Source of the DNA: Octopus vulgaris | Lineage: Eukaryota | Assembly: GCA_951406725.2 (NCBI GenBank) | Contig: OX597818.1 | Coordinates: 52,514,001-52,578,000 of the forward strand | Direction of reading: 5' to 3' | DNA length: 64,000 bases | Shown here: piece by piece, positions 13,778 through 27,619 of the stretch | How positions within the stretch are numbered: position 1 is the stretch's first letter | Layout of the letters: every line of letters begins with the position of its first letter | Notes under the pieces: generated by a model | What the model was told of the DNA's origin: nothing | Seen by the model: the letters and a program-made list of their open reading frames with translations, nothing else | The model's database searches: none | Made by a program: the position numbers and the translations under genes

Positions 13778-14440
13778 TATTAAATTAGAGATAAAACCAC
13801 TATTAGGCAAATCATACAATGAAAAACTCAAGCCAATACATAAGATTAATTAATTTATATTATTTTAAATATATATCAAAATTATTAAAAAAAGATAATT
13901 AGTATAATAGTAGGCTTTCCATTTAATTCTAGAAGCAAAATCCTCAATATTATTAATAAGTTTCAAAATAAAATACCTTTCTAGAAGGTACTGGAATATC
14001 CTTCAATGATGAATTCCAAAATAGCGGTTCTATCTTACCTGTAAATTCCATAATTTACGAAGTTGAGATATTACACTCAATATACGTAATTTATCAATAT
14101 ATTATGAATTAATTTATTGGTAAATTACGTATATTGAGTGTAATATCTCAACTTCGTAAATTATGGAATTTACAGGTAAGATAGAACCGCTATTTTGGAA
14201 TTCATCATTGAAGGATATTCCAGTACCTTCTAGAAAGGTATTTTATTTTGAAACTTATTAATAATATTGAGGATTTTGCTTCTAGAATTAAATGGAAAGC
14301 CTACTATTATACTAATTATCTTTTTATAATAATTTTGATATATATTTAAAATAATATAAATTAATTAATCTTATGTATTGGCTTGAATTTTTCATTGTAT
14401 GATTTACCTAATAGTGGTTTTATCTCTAATTTAATATAAT
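13774..14440. repeat. Long AT-rich inverted repeat (about 326-bp arms, about 15-nt loop) between (TA)n tracts
   Basis: 13774-14099 is the reverse complement of 14115-14440 with few mismatches. Confidence 0.9.
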
Positions 14441-14518
14441 ATAATATTTTACTATAAAATTGGATTCAATCCTAAATCTGATTTTTCCCTGTAAGCTTGG
14501 ATTTATTCCCTAATATTT

Positions 14519-14569
<51 letters not shown>

Positions 14570-14923
14570 TATATGTATATATATATATAAATATATGAAT
14601 TTTTTGCAATCTCCTACGATACTCTTCTTATACGTGCATGCGCGCGCATACATACAGCCACGCAAATATATATGCGTATGTATGCTTTTCCTCTCTGTCT
14701 TCCTCTCACTAACACCACCATATCTGAATCCAACGTCAAATGCGGTTACCCTCCCCCCACAGACACGACTTATTGCACAACGTTGTTGCTATTGCGTGGC
14801 TCCACACATGACGCTCCAGCACATCAGTTCACATGCAGAGCCCGATACCAATCCTATATGCACGCAGATTAGAGCATACACCAGTCGTATTTACACACAC
14901 AGACACACGCACACATACACACG

Positions 14924-14955
<32 letters not shown>

Positions 14956-15224
14956 CATACGCTCACTCTCACACACAAACGTGTACACACACGCACACCA
15001 AACGTAAACACACGCACACTCGTTCATCCAGATAAACACACAGACATTTATACGCACACATCCATTCTCTCATACCAGTCGGGTACGCGCGCACATGCGC
15101 ATAAGGTAATCACAAACACACACGTACTCGTGCATGCACACATACATGCACACATACATGCACACATACACACACACACACACATGCGCACATAGAACTG
15201 ATACGCACGCAGCTGATATATACA

Positions 15225-15626
15225 ACAGAAACGTTAGCACGCCAGGCGAAATGCGTTGCCGTATTTCGTCTGCCGTTACGTTTCGAGTTCAAATTCCGCC
15301 GAGGTCGACTTTGCCTTTCATCCTTCCGGGGTCGATAAATTAAGTACCAGTTACGCACTGGGGTCGATGTAATCGACTTAATCCCTCTGTCTGTCCTTGT
15401 TTGTCTCCTCTGTGTTTAGCCCCTTGTGGGTAGTAAAGAAATAGGTATTTCGTCTGTCTTTACGTTCTGAGTTCAAATTCTGCCGAGGTCGACTTTGCCT
15501 TTCATCTTTCCGGGGTCGATAAATTAAGTACCAGTTACGCACTGGGGTCGATGTAATCGACTTAATCCCTTTGTCTGTCCTTGTTTGTCTCCTCTGTGTT
15601 TAGCCCCTTGTGGGTAGTAAAGAAAT
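15225..15626 (+). mobile_element. SINE family B (tRNA-like head GGCGGCGAGCTGGCAGAA; Meta-domain-like GAGGTCGAC...TTTCATCC...TAAGTACC), tandem dimer
   Basis: Two units of about 180 bp joined at AAGAAATA|GGTATTTCG. Confidence 0.85.
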
Positions 15627-16073
15627 ATATACAACTGACACACATACCCACATATACGCGTACACAAGCACACACACACACACACACACACACATACATA
15701 CACAGAGCAGATATGCACCCACACCCACATACTAACACACCCTATGAAACACATGCATACGCACCATGAAGCTGATTCATCGGGCGGCACCCACAAGCAC
15801 CCACATACAAGCACAATCACCTACATACACACAAAGCGGATATACACGCATGCGCATCAGACACGCATTCATGTAGCAAGCACACATACACACACTCACA
15901 TGTCTCACTGGTCATCGATGTGGCTTAATTGTCTTCAAATACTTTCCAGTCAGAGGGGCGCCACCAGTTTGCTGTCTGGCCACGAGGTCAAAGAAATTCA
16001 GACTAGGATCTCATTTTGATAGGTTTCATGTCATTGACTTCCAACATTGATGTCATTGACTTCCAACAACAAA

Positions 16074-16262
16074 AGGCGGCGAGCTGGCAGAATTGTTTGC
16101 ACACTGGACGCTACGTTCTGAGTTCAAATTCCACCGAGGTCGGCTTTACCTTTCATCCTTTCAGGGTCGATAAATTAAGTACCAGTTACGCACTGGGGTC
16201 GATGTAATCGACTACCCTCCTTCCCTAAATTTCAGACCTTGTGCCTATAATAGAAAGGATTA
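16074..16262 (+). mobile_element. SINE family B, internally deleted
   Basis: Head plus central domain. Confidence 0.75.
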
Positions 16263-16707
16263 TTTCCAACAACACCATGTGACTCGCTTTGATCGATAGC
16301 AGACCAGTTTCCAGCGCCATCTTGAATGTCCAGCAGCCATTCTGCCATCTGAGTGACGAGTTAGATTCCTATAAAGAGCTTACATAATTAAAGCAGTATG
16401 AAGCCGAATCGAACTGTTTTAAATGTTTCCACACTCACACATACACACACACACACACACACGCACACACAAACACACACACACAAACACACACACACAA
16501 ACACACACACACACACACACACACTCGTAGATATCAAACGATTGGAATGAGTGCTCAACACTGCATTGGTGGATAAAATTTCTTTATTTGTGAATTAAGG
16601 CTATCATTGGTTTCATGTTAAGATGAGCATCTTAATATCTTAACAATTTTTTTAAGCTGACCATATGGAGGGATGGTGTTAGTCTCCATTTTGGGTGAAA
16701 ACACAGA

Positions 16708-16773
<66 letters not shown>

Positions 16774-16839
16774 GAAAGGTGTTTCAAACCTTTTTTCATA
16801 TATAATTCCACTCGTGTGCTACCTTACAACTTCACTTTG

Positions 16840-16915
<76 letters not shown>

Positions 16916-18148
16916 AAGGAAATGAAGAAAATGCTGACAAATAATTGAAGTAATTTAAGTAATTTAATTAGGTGAATGTTCTTTTACCGGTTGCGCATTT
17001 GTTATGCTTATCAAAATATAAAAGAGAGATTAGAGTCTGTCTCTTATATGTGGAAAAATAGAGGCTCCAGAGTTGTTTTGGATTTGCTTGGTTTCGCGCC
17101 TAAAATTTTGATTGGTCATTATGAAGGGGTCACGTGAATGTTTGAATGGAAGTTGGTGTTGGGGTAAGAAAAAAGGCTCAGAGAAGTTAAAATTTGGCTA
17201 GTGTCCCGCCTAAAATTTCTTATTGGCCATAATAAAGAGGTCACGTGAATGTTTAGAATTTTCGAAAATAGTGTTGTTGAAAATTCTTATTGTTCAGGCT
17301 GGTCAGTAGACGTCATGTGGATATTTTAAATAGCTTTTTAGCGCGTAGTTAGGGAGTGTATTTTCCGCTTGACTGGATAAGTAAGTTCGTTTAGAACAGG
17401 AGAGCTGTATGTATGTATGTGTGTGCGCGCGCGCGCGCGCGTGTGTGTGTTTATATGTATGTTGGGGCGCGCGCGCGTGTATATATGTGTGTGTGTGTGG
17501 GTACAATTTTCAATATTTATAGTTCTGCTGGCCTTCTGTATTTTTATTTGGGATCTGTGGACAGTCATGCGTTGGCGGAGGCTATTTTTTGTTTGGCCTA
17601 TGTAGTGTTCATTACAACCCGAGCAAGTTAAGACATATACTAGGTTTTCTGATGCGCATGTGAAGTTGTGTTTTACTGTGAAACGTTGTCCTTGTTTAGG
17701 TTGATGCATATACCACAGTTGGGTCTATTGCATTTGTTTACTGTGGGTTTAGTTGTTGTGGTTGGCAGTACTTTGGCATTTGTTAGGATGGTTTTCAATG
17801 ATTTGGGTTGCCTTTTGCTCTTTATGATTTCGTGTGTTAGGAGGATTTGGTTCATTCTATGGTCCTTTTGTAATACAGGAATGTTCTGGAGGATGGTGTC
17901 AAAAGCTTCATTGTTGAGGGGGTTGTGTGTAGAGATGTATGGTAGAGTATGGGGTTTCGATGTAACAGGTTTAGGGCGTCTAAGTTCCTGCGTGCTGAGT
18001 TTTAGGGCGCGTTGGATCCCATTGTCAATTAGTGACGTGGGGTAATCCCTGCTTGTTAATGTGCCCTTGAGTTCTTGTAGACGTAAGAGACAATGAAGCT
18101 TTTGACACCATCCTCCAGAACATTCCTGTATTACAAAAGGACCATAGA

Positions 18149-18669
18149 ATGAACCAAATCCTCCTAACACACGAAATCATAAAGAGCAAAAGGCAACCCA
18201 AATCATTGAAAACCATCCTAACAAATGCCAAAGTACTGCCAACCACAACAACTAAACCCACAGTAAACAAATGCAATAGACCCAACTGTGGTATATGCAT
18301 CAACCTAATAGAAGGTCCGGAATTCCTTTTTAAACAAGGACAACGTTTCACAGTAAAACACAACTTCACATGCGCATCAGAAAACCTAGTATGTGTCTTA
18401 ACTTGCTCGGGCTGTAATGAACACTACATAGGCCAAACAAAAAATAGCCTCCGCCAACGCATGACTGTCCACAGATCCCAAATAAAAATACAGGAATATA
18501 GAAAAATAGCATTTAGTGCACATATTGATACCTGTGCCGCACAACTCCATCCCAATTTTAGAATCTTTCCCTCTACAAATTTAAAGACAATGCCACTCAT
18601 ACCCAGCGAATAACCATGGAATCCCACCTTATTAATAAATACAGACCACTTCTAAACACATGCCCCTAA
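18149..18669 (+). pseudogene. Penelope-like GIY-YIG endonuclease (5'-truncated, frameshift near 18571)
   Basis: C..PNC..C linker, then HNFTCASENLVCVLTC..C...YIGQT...LRQRM..HR; after the frameshift R...ESHLINKYRPLLN. Confidence 0.88.
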
Positions 18670-19403
18670 CACGAACCCACAACAAACACACTTACACCTG
18701 CACACACCCTACACACACCTTTACCCAGATATTAACACCATGACACACACAAATATATGGTTCCACACATACACATAATTGAATACGGGTGCAAAACATC
18801 CAACACTATTTTTTGGAAATGGCTGTAAATATTGACTTCACACAAATACGTTGCTTCCCGATACAGGCACAAGGCCAGCAGAACTATAAATATTGAAAAT
18901 TGTACCCACACACACACACACACATATATACACGCGCGCGCGCCCCAACATACATATAAACACACACACGCGCGCGCGCGCGCACACACATACACGCACA
19001 CATACATACATACAGCTCTCCCTGTTCTAAACGAACTTACTTATCCAGTCAAGCGGAAAATACACTCCCTAACTACGCGCTAAAAAGCTATTTAAAATAT
19101 CCACATGACGTCTACTGACCAGCCTGAACAATAAGAATTTTCAACAACACTATTTTCGAAAATTCTAAACATTCACGTGACCTCTTTATTATGGCCAATA
19201 AGAAATTTTAGGCGGGACACTAGCCAAATTTTAACTTCTCTGGAGCCTTTTTTCTTACCCCAACACCAACTTCCATTCAAACATTCACGTGACCCCTTCA
19301 TAATGACCAATCAAAATTTTAGGCGCGAAACCAAGCAAATCCAAAACAACTCTGGAGCCTCTTTTTTTCCACATATAAGAGACAGACTCTAATCTCTCTT
19401 TTA

Positions 19404-19442
19404 TATTTTGATAAGCATAACAAATGCGCAACCGGTAAAAGA
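19404..19442 (+). ncRNA. Degenerate minimal hammerhead-like motif in the PLE 3' region (mirror copy at about 16980-17020, minus strand)
   Basis: TTGATAA - GCAT(AACAA)ATGC - GCAA - CCGG - TA: hammerhead topology with core substitutions. Confidence 0.5.
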
Positions 19443-19548
19443 ACATTCACCTAATTAAATTACTTAAATTACTTCAATTATTTGTCAGCATTTTCTTCAT
19501 TTCCTTTTTTATATATCACCACTCGTGTTCGACATCTCCTTTTTTTAA

Positions 19549-19592
<44 letters not shown>

Positions 19593-19632
19593 AGGTTTGG
19601 AGATGATGTACAGGTATTATGTATTAGAAGAA

Positions 19633-19908
19633 ATGAGGTACTCATAAAATCGGATGGTTTATATTTACAGATATTTATTTGTATATTACATTTTTTATAT
19701 ATATCATATCACTTAGATCATTAGCGCTTTCTCCCATTCTAGTGGCGTTATCAAATCAAACTCAGTTGATTTCAAATCAAACTAGTTTGATTTGAAAACC
19801 CCACTAGAATGGGAGAAAGCGCTAATGATCTAAGTGATATGATATATATAAAAAATGTAATATACAAATAAATATCTGTAAATATAAACCATCCGATTTT
19901 CTGAGTAC

Positions 19909-19913
<5 letters not shown>
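19633..19913. repeat. Inverted repeat (about 125-bp arms) between (TA)n tracts
   Basis: ATGAGGTACTCA...CTAGTGG mirrored by CCACTAG...TGAGTACCTCAT. Confidence 0.9.
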
Positions 19914-19940
<27 letters not shown>

Positions 19941-20263
19941 CGTATATGATATATAATATAGAAATATATGCATATATAAATACATATATATACATACCTA
20001 CATATATAAAAAAGACGTTGAACACAATGAGAAACGGAAACATAAAAACAAAAACATAGAAACGAACTTTTTGGGACAACGAAAAAAAAACAAACAAACA
20101 GAGAAACAAGACATGCAACATAAAGAATATTCCCTTCTTCAGTTGTCCCTGTTTCAACTACTCCACGTTCGAAGGTAAGGACAAGATGCGACTTCGTTGA
20201 AACAGTCCTTCTCGCAAAGCAAATTAAATAAAATTTGTGATTTTTTGCGGATATATATATAAT

Positions 20264-20481
20264 CGATGGGGTGCTGAAAAGTTCTTGGCCTGAAGGGTCT
20301 GGCAAAAGGCCTGGTTGGAGGCCCAACCTTCCGAGTTCTTTTATAGGGCTTAGAGAAACTGAAGAGGACCGTTGCAATAAGTGTGTGAATATGAGGAGAA
20401 TATGTTGAATAAAATCATAATTAACTGATCCTCTTGTATTTTCTCTAACCCAGAGCTAGGAACTTTTCAGCCCTCCCCTCG
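20264..20481 (+). mobile_element. Mariner-derived MITE (second copy at 48063-48270)
   Basis: TIRs GGGGTGCTGAAAAGTTC / GAACTTTTCAGCCCTCCCCTCG; internal remnant of the transposase C-terminus (R.NKCV..GEYVE-like). Confidence 0.75.
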
Positions 20482-20490
20482 TATGTGTAT

Positions 20491-20535
<45 letters not shown>

Positions 20536-20599
20536 CGCACATACATATATATGTATATATATATACATATATATATTTATATATATAAGATGATGCCAC

Positions 20600-20648
<49 letters not shown>

Positions 20649-20787
20649 CATATATATAAGAAATAATTGAGATTCAGTTGAATTAGGTACTTAAGTTGAA
20701 GCACCAAGTCAGTCCGGTATTATCTGCACAGCTCGAAGTAAGGTGACTAAAATCAAGATAAGCAACAGGATATCAAATAGTGATGCA

Positions 20788-20868
20788 GTAAGACCGTTTC
20801 AAGCGACTCCATTTAATTGAACACTGCAATCAGTACACCAATTTAAATGCACTACCATCATCAGCTAC
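20788..20868 (-). ncRNA. Degenerate hammerhead ribozyme motif
   Basis: Minus strand GTAG-CTGATGA-[imperfect stem II]-GAAAC-G-GTC-TTAC. Confidence 0.55.
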
Positions 20869-21100
20869 ACAAGTAAATAATATCCTTACCTACTAACGTC
20901 TTATCCCTTATAAGTTATTACTGTTCTTAAATAGATATTTTTCAGCTACTTAAGTCTATTCGAGATGGTTATACTATATCCATATAAACGTATAAATATT
21001 TGTGTATGAGTATATATGCATATATGCGCATAACCTATTAACCTCTTATCCCTTATATATTGTTATTTTTCTTGTTCTTAAATAGATACTTTTTCAGTTA

Positions 21101-21485
21101 GTGGAGGCGCAATGGCCCAGTGGTTAGGGCAGCGGACTCGCGGTCGTAGGATCGCGGTTTCCATTCCCAGACCGGGCGTTGTGAGTGTTTATTGAGCGAA
21201 AACACCTAAAGCTCCACGAGGCTCCGGCAGGGGATGGTGGTGATCCCTGCTGTACTCTTTCACCACAACTTTCTCTCACTCTTACTTCCTGTTTCTGTTG
21301 TACCTGTATTTCAAAGGGCCGGCCTTGTCACTCTCTGTGTCACGCTGAATATCCCCGAGAACTACGTTAAGGGTACACGTGTCTGTGGAGTGCTCAGCCA
21401 CTTACACGTTAATTTCACGAGCAGGCTGTTCCGTTGATCGGATCAACCGGAACCCTCATCGTCGTAACCGACGGAGTGCTTCCAC
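21101..21485 (+). mobile_element. tRNA-derived SINE family D with 13-bp TSD
   Basis: Head GGAGGCGCAATGGCCCAGTGGTTAGGGCAGCGGACTCG; TSD ACTTTTTCAGTTA at 21088-21100 and 21486-21498. Confidence 0.9.
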
Positions 21486-21951
21486 ACTTTTTCAGTTACT
21501 TAAGTCTATTCGAGATGGTTATACTATATCCATATAAACATATAAATATCCGTGTATGTGTTTGTGTACTTGTGTGCACATATATAAATATGTGTGTGTA
21601 TATCTGTACACATCTTTATATTTTCTGATTCATAGATTATAATTAATATATAGATAGCATGTTTATCTTTCCAGTATTCCGTAAGTAAATGTCCTGAGCA
21701 GTCTTTATAGAAAAATTGACCCCAGTGTTCAAGTAGTATTTATTTCATCGGCCCCGAAAGGATGAAAGGCAAAGTCAACCTCAGCGGAATTTGAACTCAT
21801 AATGTAAAAACAGACACAATACCGCTAAACACTTTGCTCTGCTAGACGCCCAAGGTAAATAATATTAACAACATCGGTTAACTAGGGCAACCTTTTAAAG
21901 CTGACCCTCTTTCTGCTATCAGTACAGCTTAACGAAGGGTCACTGCATGTA

Positions 21952-22490
21952 TTGGGTTGTCCGGAAAGTTCATGCCGATTTATAGTAGCTTACCTTATTT
22001 TAGAACATGGTTGAGTCCATAAAATAGGATTTGACTACACCTCCATTTACAGCACAGTTTAAGCTATCTTTTTGTGGAAGAAGGTTTATGTTCCTATAAC
22101 CTGTGTTAATTCTGTAACCCTTTAAAATGGAAGATAAGAAAGTACATTTTCTACACTTGATGCTTTGGGAACCAGACAAAAATTGCTGGGATGTGTTACT
22201 CCACCCTCCATATTCCCCAGATATTGCTCCTTCGGATTTCCACTTATTCAGGTCTCTGCAGAATAGTCTTAATGCTGAAAATTTCAATTCCTTGGATGAC
22301 GTAAAAAGATACCTTGATGAATTATTTGCCATGAAACCACGTCAATTCTGGGAAAAAGGGTATTTTCAAATTAAAGGAAAGATGGAGACGCATTGTGCAA
22401 CAAAATGGTTCATATTTGGTTGATTAAAAATGTAATGGCAAGTATTTTTCTTTCCTTTAAAAATCGGCAAGAACTTTCCGGACAAACCAA
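21952..22490 (+). mobile_element. Internally deleted mariner element
   Basis: TA-flanked TIRs TTGGGTTGTCCGGAAAGTTC / GAACTTTCCGGACAAACCAA; ORF 22127..22423 contains HPPYSPDIAPSDFHLF. Confidence 0.92.
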
Positions 22491-22920
22491 TATCTTCCTT
22501 GTCGCAGTAGTTCTGCCGATGTGATTCATCATGATGTCACAATTAATTCAGGAATTCCGTTCTCAGATTTCCACATAAAAAAAAAGAGATAGTATTACTC
22601 TACTTTACGACCGTCATAAACTCACTGGTTCATTAAAGTAATTAACTTGATTCTATTAATTGTTTTGATCATTATAACATTAGCATAGGGTAGCGAATTA
22701 GCAGAATTGTTACAGCGTCGGATAAAATGTTCTGACTCTTTACCTTCTGGGTTCGTATACCGCTGAAGTCAACTTTATCTTTCATCCTTTTGTGTTGATG
22801 AAATAAATACTGGCAATCGCTGGCCTGAGTGTATTAATGTAATTGAATTATCCCTTCTCCAAAAATTGCGAGCCTTATGTCTCTATGGTAATAACAGCTA
22901 AAATTGCTAGCCGTGTGCCT

Positions 22921-23329
22921 ATACTCTTTACTCTCTTTTACTTGTTTCAGTCATTTGACAGTGGCCATGCTGGAGCACCGCCTTTAGTCGAGCAAATCGA
23001 CCCCAGGACTTATTCTTTGTAAAGCCTAGTACTTATTCTATCGGTCTCTTTTGCCGAACCGCTAAGTTACGGGAACGTAAACACACCAGCATCGGTTGTC
23101 ATGCGATGCTGGGGGGACAAACACAGACACACACACACATATATACACACATATATACATATATACGACAGGCTTCTTTCAGTTTCCATCTACCAAATCC
23201 ACTCACAAGGCTTTGGTCGACCCGAGGCTATTGTAGAAGACACTTGCCCATGGTGCCATGCAGTGGAACTGAACCCGGAACCATGTGGTTGGTAAGCAAG
23301 CTACTTAGCACACAGCCACTCCTACGCCT
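22921..23329 (-). mobile_element. SINE family A
   Basis: Full-length copy within a short local tandem duplication. Confidence 0.9.
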
Positions 23330-23744
23330 ATATGGTAATAACAGCTAAAATTGCTAGCCTTTTGCCCAGCTAGCCGTGTGCCTATATGGTAATAACAGGT
23401 TTGACCTACATTCTTATAACGGAATTACTGAAAACAACAACAGCAGCAAAAACACTGATGAAAATACGAAAGCAACTATGAAACCCTTACATTTTTACTG
23501 ACACTGCTAGAAATTAGGGCTTGGTTAATCCCGTAGCAAGAGTAACACATGCTACAGTTGACACATCTTCAAGAAGAGTCCCAAGCTAAATGCACGCAAG
23601 CTTCCAGTTATGATTCAACGGTTCTGCCCATACTCTATTACTTCGTACCACACTGCCTTAATCTTTTATGATGGCCACTAAGATTTTCAGGTAGGTCGAA
23701 TATTCGGAATATTTCCAAGAATATTCGACCTAGCATTAAATTCC

Positions 23745-24690
23745 TTTCTAATTTTAGGACAAGGCCTGGAATTTTAAGGGAGGGAGCTGGTCGATTACAT
23801 CATTCCAAGTGCTCAACTGGTACTTATTTTAACAACCCTGAAACGATGAAAGGCAAAGTCGACACCGGTGGCATTTGAACTCAGAACGTTGAAAGTCGGA
23901 CGAAATTCTGCTAAGCATTTTGTCCGGTGCAGTAACGACTGTGCCCGCACACCGCCCTTAATACACCTTATATTATATATATTTCTTTATTGCCCAAAAG
24001 GAGGTAAACACAGAGGGGACAAACAAGGACAGACAAAAGGATTAAGTCGATTACATCGACCCCAGTTCGTAACTGGTACTTAATTTATCGATCCCGAAAC
24101 GTTGAAAGGCAAAGTCGACCTCGGCGGAATTTGAACTCAGAACGTAACGACAGACGAAATACCTATTTCGACCCCAGTGCATAACTGGTACTTAATTTAT
24201 CGACCCCGAAAGGATGAAAGGCAAAGTCGACTCGGCGGAATTTGAACTCAGAACGTAACGCAGACGAAATACCTATTTCTTTATTACCCACAAGGGGCTA
24301 AACAAAGAGAGGACAAACAAGGACAGACAAACGGATTAAGTCGATTACGTCGACCCCAGTGCGTAACTGGTACTTATTTAATCGACCCTGAAAGGATGAA
24401 AGGCAAAATCGACCTCGGTGGAATTTGAACTCTGCACGTAGTGGCAGACGAAATACCTATTTCTTTATTACCCACAAGGGGCTAAACATAGAGGAGACAA
24501 ACATGGACAGACATAGGTATTAAGTCGATTATATCGACCCCAGTGCGTAACTGGTACTTATTTAATCGACCCCGAAAAGATGAAAGGCAAAGTCGACCCC
24601 GGTGGAATTTGAACTCAGCACGTAGCGGCAGACGAAATACTGCTAAGCATTTCGCCCGGCGTGCTAACGTTTCTGCCAGTTTGCCGCCTT
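23745..24690 (-). mobile_element. SINE family B cluster: a single diverged copy plus a 4-unit tandem multimer (about 23980-24690)
   Basis: Repeated CGACCCCGAAAGGATGAAAGGCAAAGTCGACCTCGG blocks; the multimer has only one head, at about 24690. Confidence 0.85.
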
Positions 24691-24716
24691 AACACCGCAT
24701 ATTATATAATATACAA

Positions 24717-26045
24717 AAGGCGGTGAGCTGGCCGAATCGTCACCGCGCCGAACGAAATGCTTAGCGACATTTCGTCCGTCTTTATGTTTTAAGTAAAAAA
24801 TTCCGCGCCGGTCGATTTTACCTTTCATCCATTCTGAGTCGATAAATTAAGTACCAGTTGAGCACTGGTGGAAATGTACTGACTTACTCCCTTCCCTGGT
24901 CTTGTGCTAAAATTTGAAGCCATTATTGAACAATTTACACTAACGATATTGAATGTCAATTGTAAGTTGGAGTATTTACATAATTGTCACTCGATTAAAC
25001 ACATCACGCATAATTGCGCTTAATTGTTTGTTGCCGTTTTTATCTCATAATATCGGTTAAGTGAATCATATTATAAATACGCCTACCTAACTGTAAACAT
25101 TAAATAAAATCGAGAGTTTAAGCGAGTAGGAAGTTTCTTTCTGCTTTAACCGTGAACCGTTAAGGCAATTTGTAACACGACTTACAGGTTTAACGTCATG
25201 CAGTTGAATTTTGATGTTATATCACAAAACAAAAAGCGGCTAGCTGGCAGAAACGTTAGCACGCCGGGCGAAATGCTTAGCGGCATTTCGTCTGCCGCTA
25301 CGTTCTGAGTTCAAATTCCGCCGAGGTCGATTTTGCCTTTCATTCCTTCGGGGTCGATAAATTAAGTACCAGTTACGCACTGGGATGGAGCTAATCGACT
25401 TAATACCTTTGTCTGTCCTTGTTTGTCCTCTCTGTGTTTAGCCCCTTGTGGGTAGTAAAGAAATAGGCATTTCGTCTGCCGTTACGTTCTGAGTTCAAAT
25501 TCCGCCGAGGTCGATAAATTAAGTACCAGTTACGCACTGGGGTCGATATAATCGACTTAATCTCTTTCTTTGTCCTTGTTTGTCCTCTCTGTGTTTAGCC
25601 CTTTGTGGGCAATAATGAAATAAGAAACGTTTGCACACCGGGCGAAATTCTTAGAGGTATTTTATCAGTCTTTACATTCTGAGTGCAAATTCCGCCGAGG
25701 TCGGCTTTGCCTTTCACCCTTTCGGGCGTCGATGAATTAATTACCAGTTGCGTACTGGAGTCAATCTAATCGACTGGCCCCCTCCTCCCAAAATTTCGCG
25801 CCTTGTCCCTAGAGTAGAAAAGAATATTATTGCACAAAAAAAGGCGGCTAGCTGGCAGAATCGTTAGCACGCTTAGCGGCACTTTGTCCGTCTTTACGTT
25901 CTGAGCTCAAATTCTGCCGAGGTCGACCTTACCTTTCACCCCTTTCGGTGTCAATGAAAAAAAGTAACCAGTTGAACATTAGGATCGATGTAATCGACCT
26001 ACTGACTTTTCTAAAATTGCTGGCCTTATATTAAAATTTAAACCA
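24717..26045 (+). mobile_element. SINE family B copies and multimer (24717-24920, 25234-25826, 25841-26045)
   Basis: Same consensus blocks on the plus strand. Confidence 0.8.
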
Positions 26046-26070
26046 ATACTTTACCACAAAATATATACAT

Positions 26071-26491
26071 AAGCGCAGGAGTGGCTGTGTGGCAAGTAGC
26101 TTGCTTACCAACCACATGGTTCCGGGTTCAGTCCCACTGCGTGGCATCTTGGGCAAGTGTCCTCTGCTATAGCCTCGGGCCAACCAATGCCTTGTGAGTG
26201 GATTTGGTAGACGGAAACTGAAAGAAGCCTGTCGTAGATATGTATATATATATGTATGTGTGTGTATATGTTTGTGTGTCTGTGTTTGTCCCCCTAGCAT
26301 TGCTTGACAACCGATGCTGGTGTGTTTACGTCCCCGTAACTTAGCGGTTCGGCAAAAGAGACCGATAGAATAAGTACTGGGCTTACAAAAAGAATAAGTC
26401 CCGGGGTCGATTTGCTCGACTAAAGGCGGTGCTCCAGCGTGGCCGCAGTCAAATGACTGAAACAAGTAAAAGAGTAAAAGAGTAAAAGAGT
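26071..26491 (+). mobile_element. SINE family A
   Basis: Full-length copy with (AAAAGAGT)n tail. Confidence 0.9.
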
Positions 26492-27037
26492 TCATATTTA
26501 AAGCATCTTCGCGCACCCGTGCAAGTGCGTGTATCACGCTTTGACCTCGTCCTTCAATAAGAATTTGAACCAAATTCACCCCTGACAACTCTCTCCCAAA
26601 TGAGACGGTGGTATGTGTTATGGTTCCTAGAAATCCGTCTATACTTCCTTTACTAGAATCATATCTTCGTAATATTTTTATTTACACTGCACCCCTACCT
26701 CTCTCTCTCTCTCTCCCTCGCCCACTCTGTCTCCCTATGGTTTGTCTTTCATAGAAATGTTATGCTGTACGATTCATAATCTTTTTATGACAAATACTGT
26801 AATTTCTTTTCATTTCTATTTCCTCATTTTCATATCAGTACTGGAAATCACGCATCATTTACACACGTCACATTTCTTCTTTCTGAAGCTGGTGCGATTT
26901 CGCTTCCTTCCTTCCTGGAACTCTTCGTTTTTATTTCTAAATTCATGTCTTTAACACTGCAGATAGCGTAACCCGTTAAAAATTTAACCGAGTGTGTGCT
27001 GTAGACTATTTTTTCTATTTGTATGCAGACCTCGTTT

Positions 27038-27196
27038 ATGTATGTATGTATGTATGTATGTATGTATGTATGTATGTATGTATGTATGTATGTATGTATG
27101 TATGTATGTATGTATGTATGTATGTATGTATGTATGTATGTATGTATGTATGTATGTATGTATGTATGTATGTATGTATGTATGTATGTATGTATG

Positions 27197-27226
<30 letters not shown>
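27038..27226. repeat. (TATG)n microsatellite
   Basis: Direct observation. Confidence 0.95.
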
Positions 27227-27230
<4 letters not shown>

Positions 27231-27489
27231 AGCAACAAGTATATCCGAGGTAATGTGGTACGATCGTTTCATGCTACTTCTATTATTAAACAGTGTAAGC
27301 ATTACATCAGTTTTAAAATGTCGAACAATTTTCAGCCACCTTTAGAAATTTTCCTATCAACCGGACAATTATAATCACCCCGTGGACTTATATGGATGAT
27401 ACCATACAAAATTCTGGTGCCTTTGACTTAAGGTACCATATTCATCTGAATCTAAATTTTGCTATATATATATATATACACACACACAC

Positions 27490-27579
<90 letters not shown>

Positions 27580-27619
27580 CATATATATGTATGTATATGT
27601 ATGTATGTATGGATATAGT

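Larger units (their letters stand above)
16905..19515. mobile_element. Penelope-like element 3' portion as a 2.6-kb inverted (divergent) duplication between (TA)n tracts
   Basis: Arms 16905-17914 (-) and 18090-19515 (+) are reverse complements; both encode a GIY-YIG endonuclease. Confidence 0.9.
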
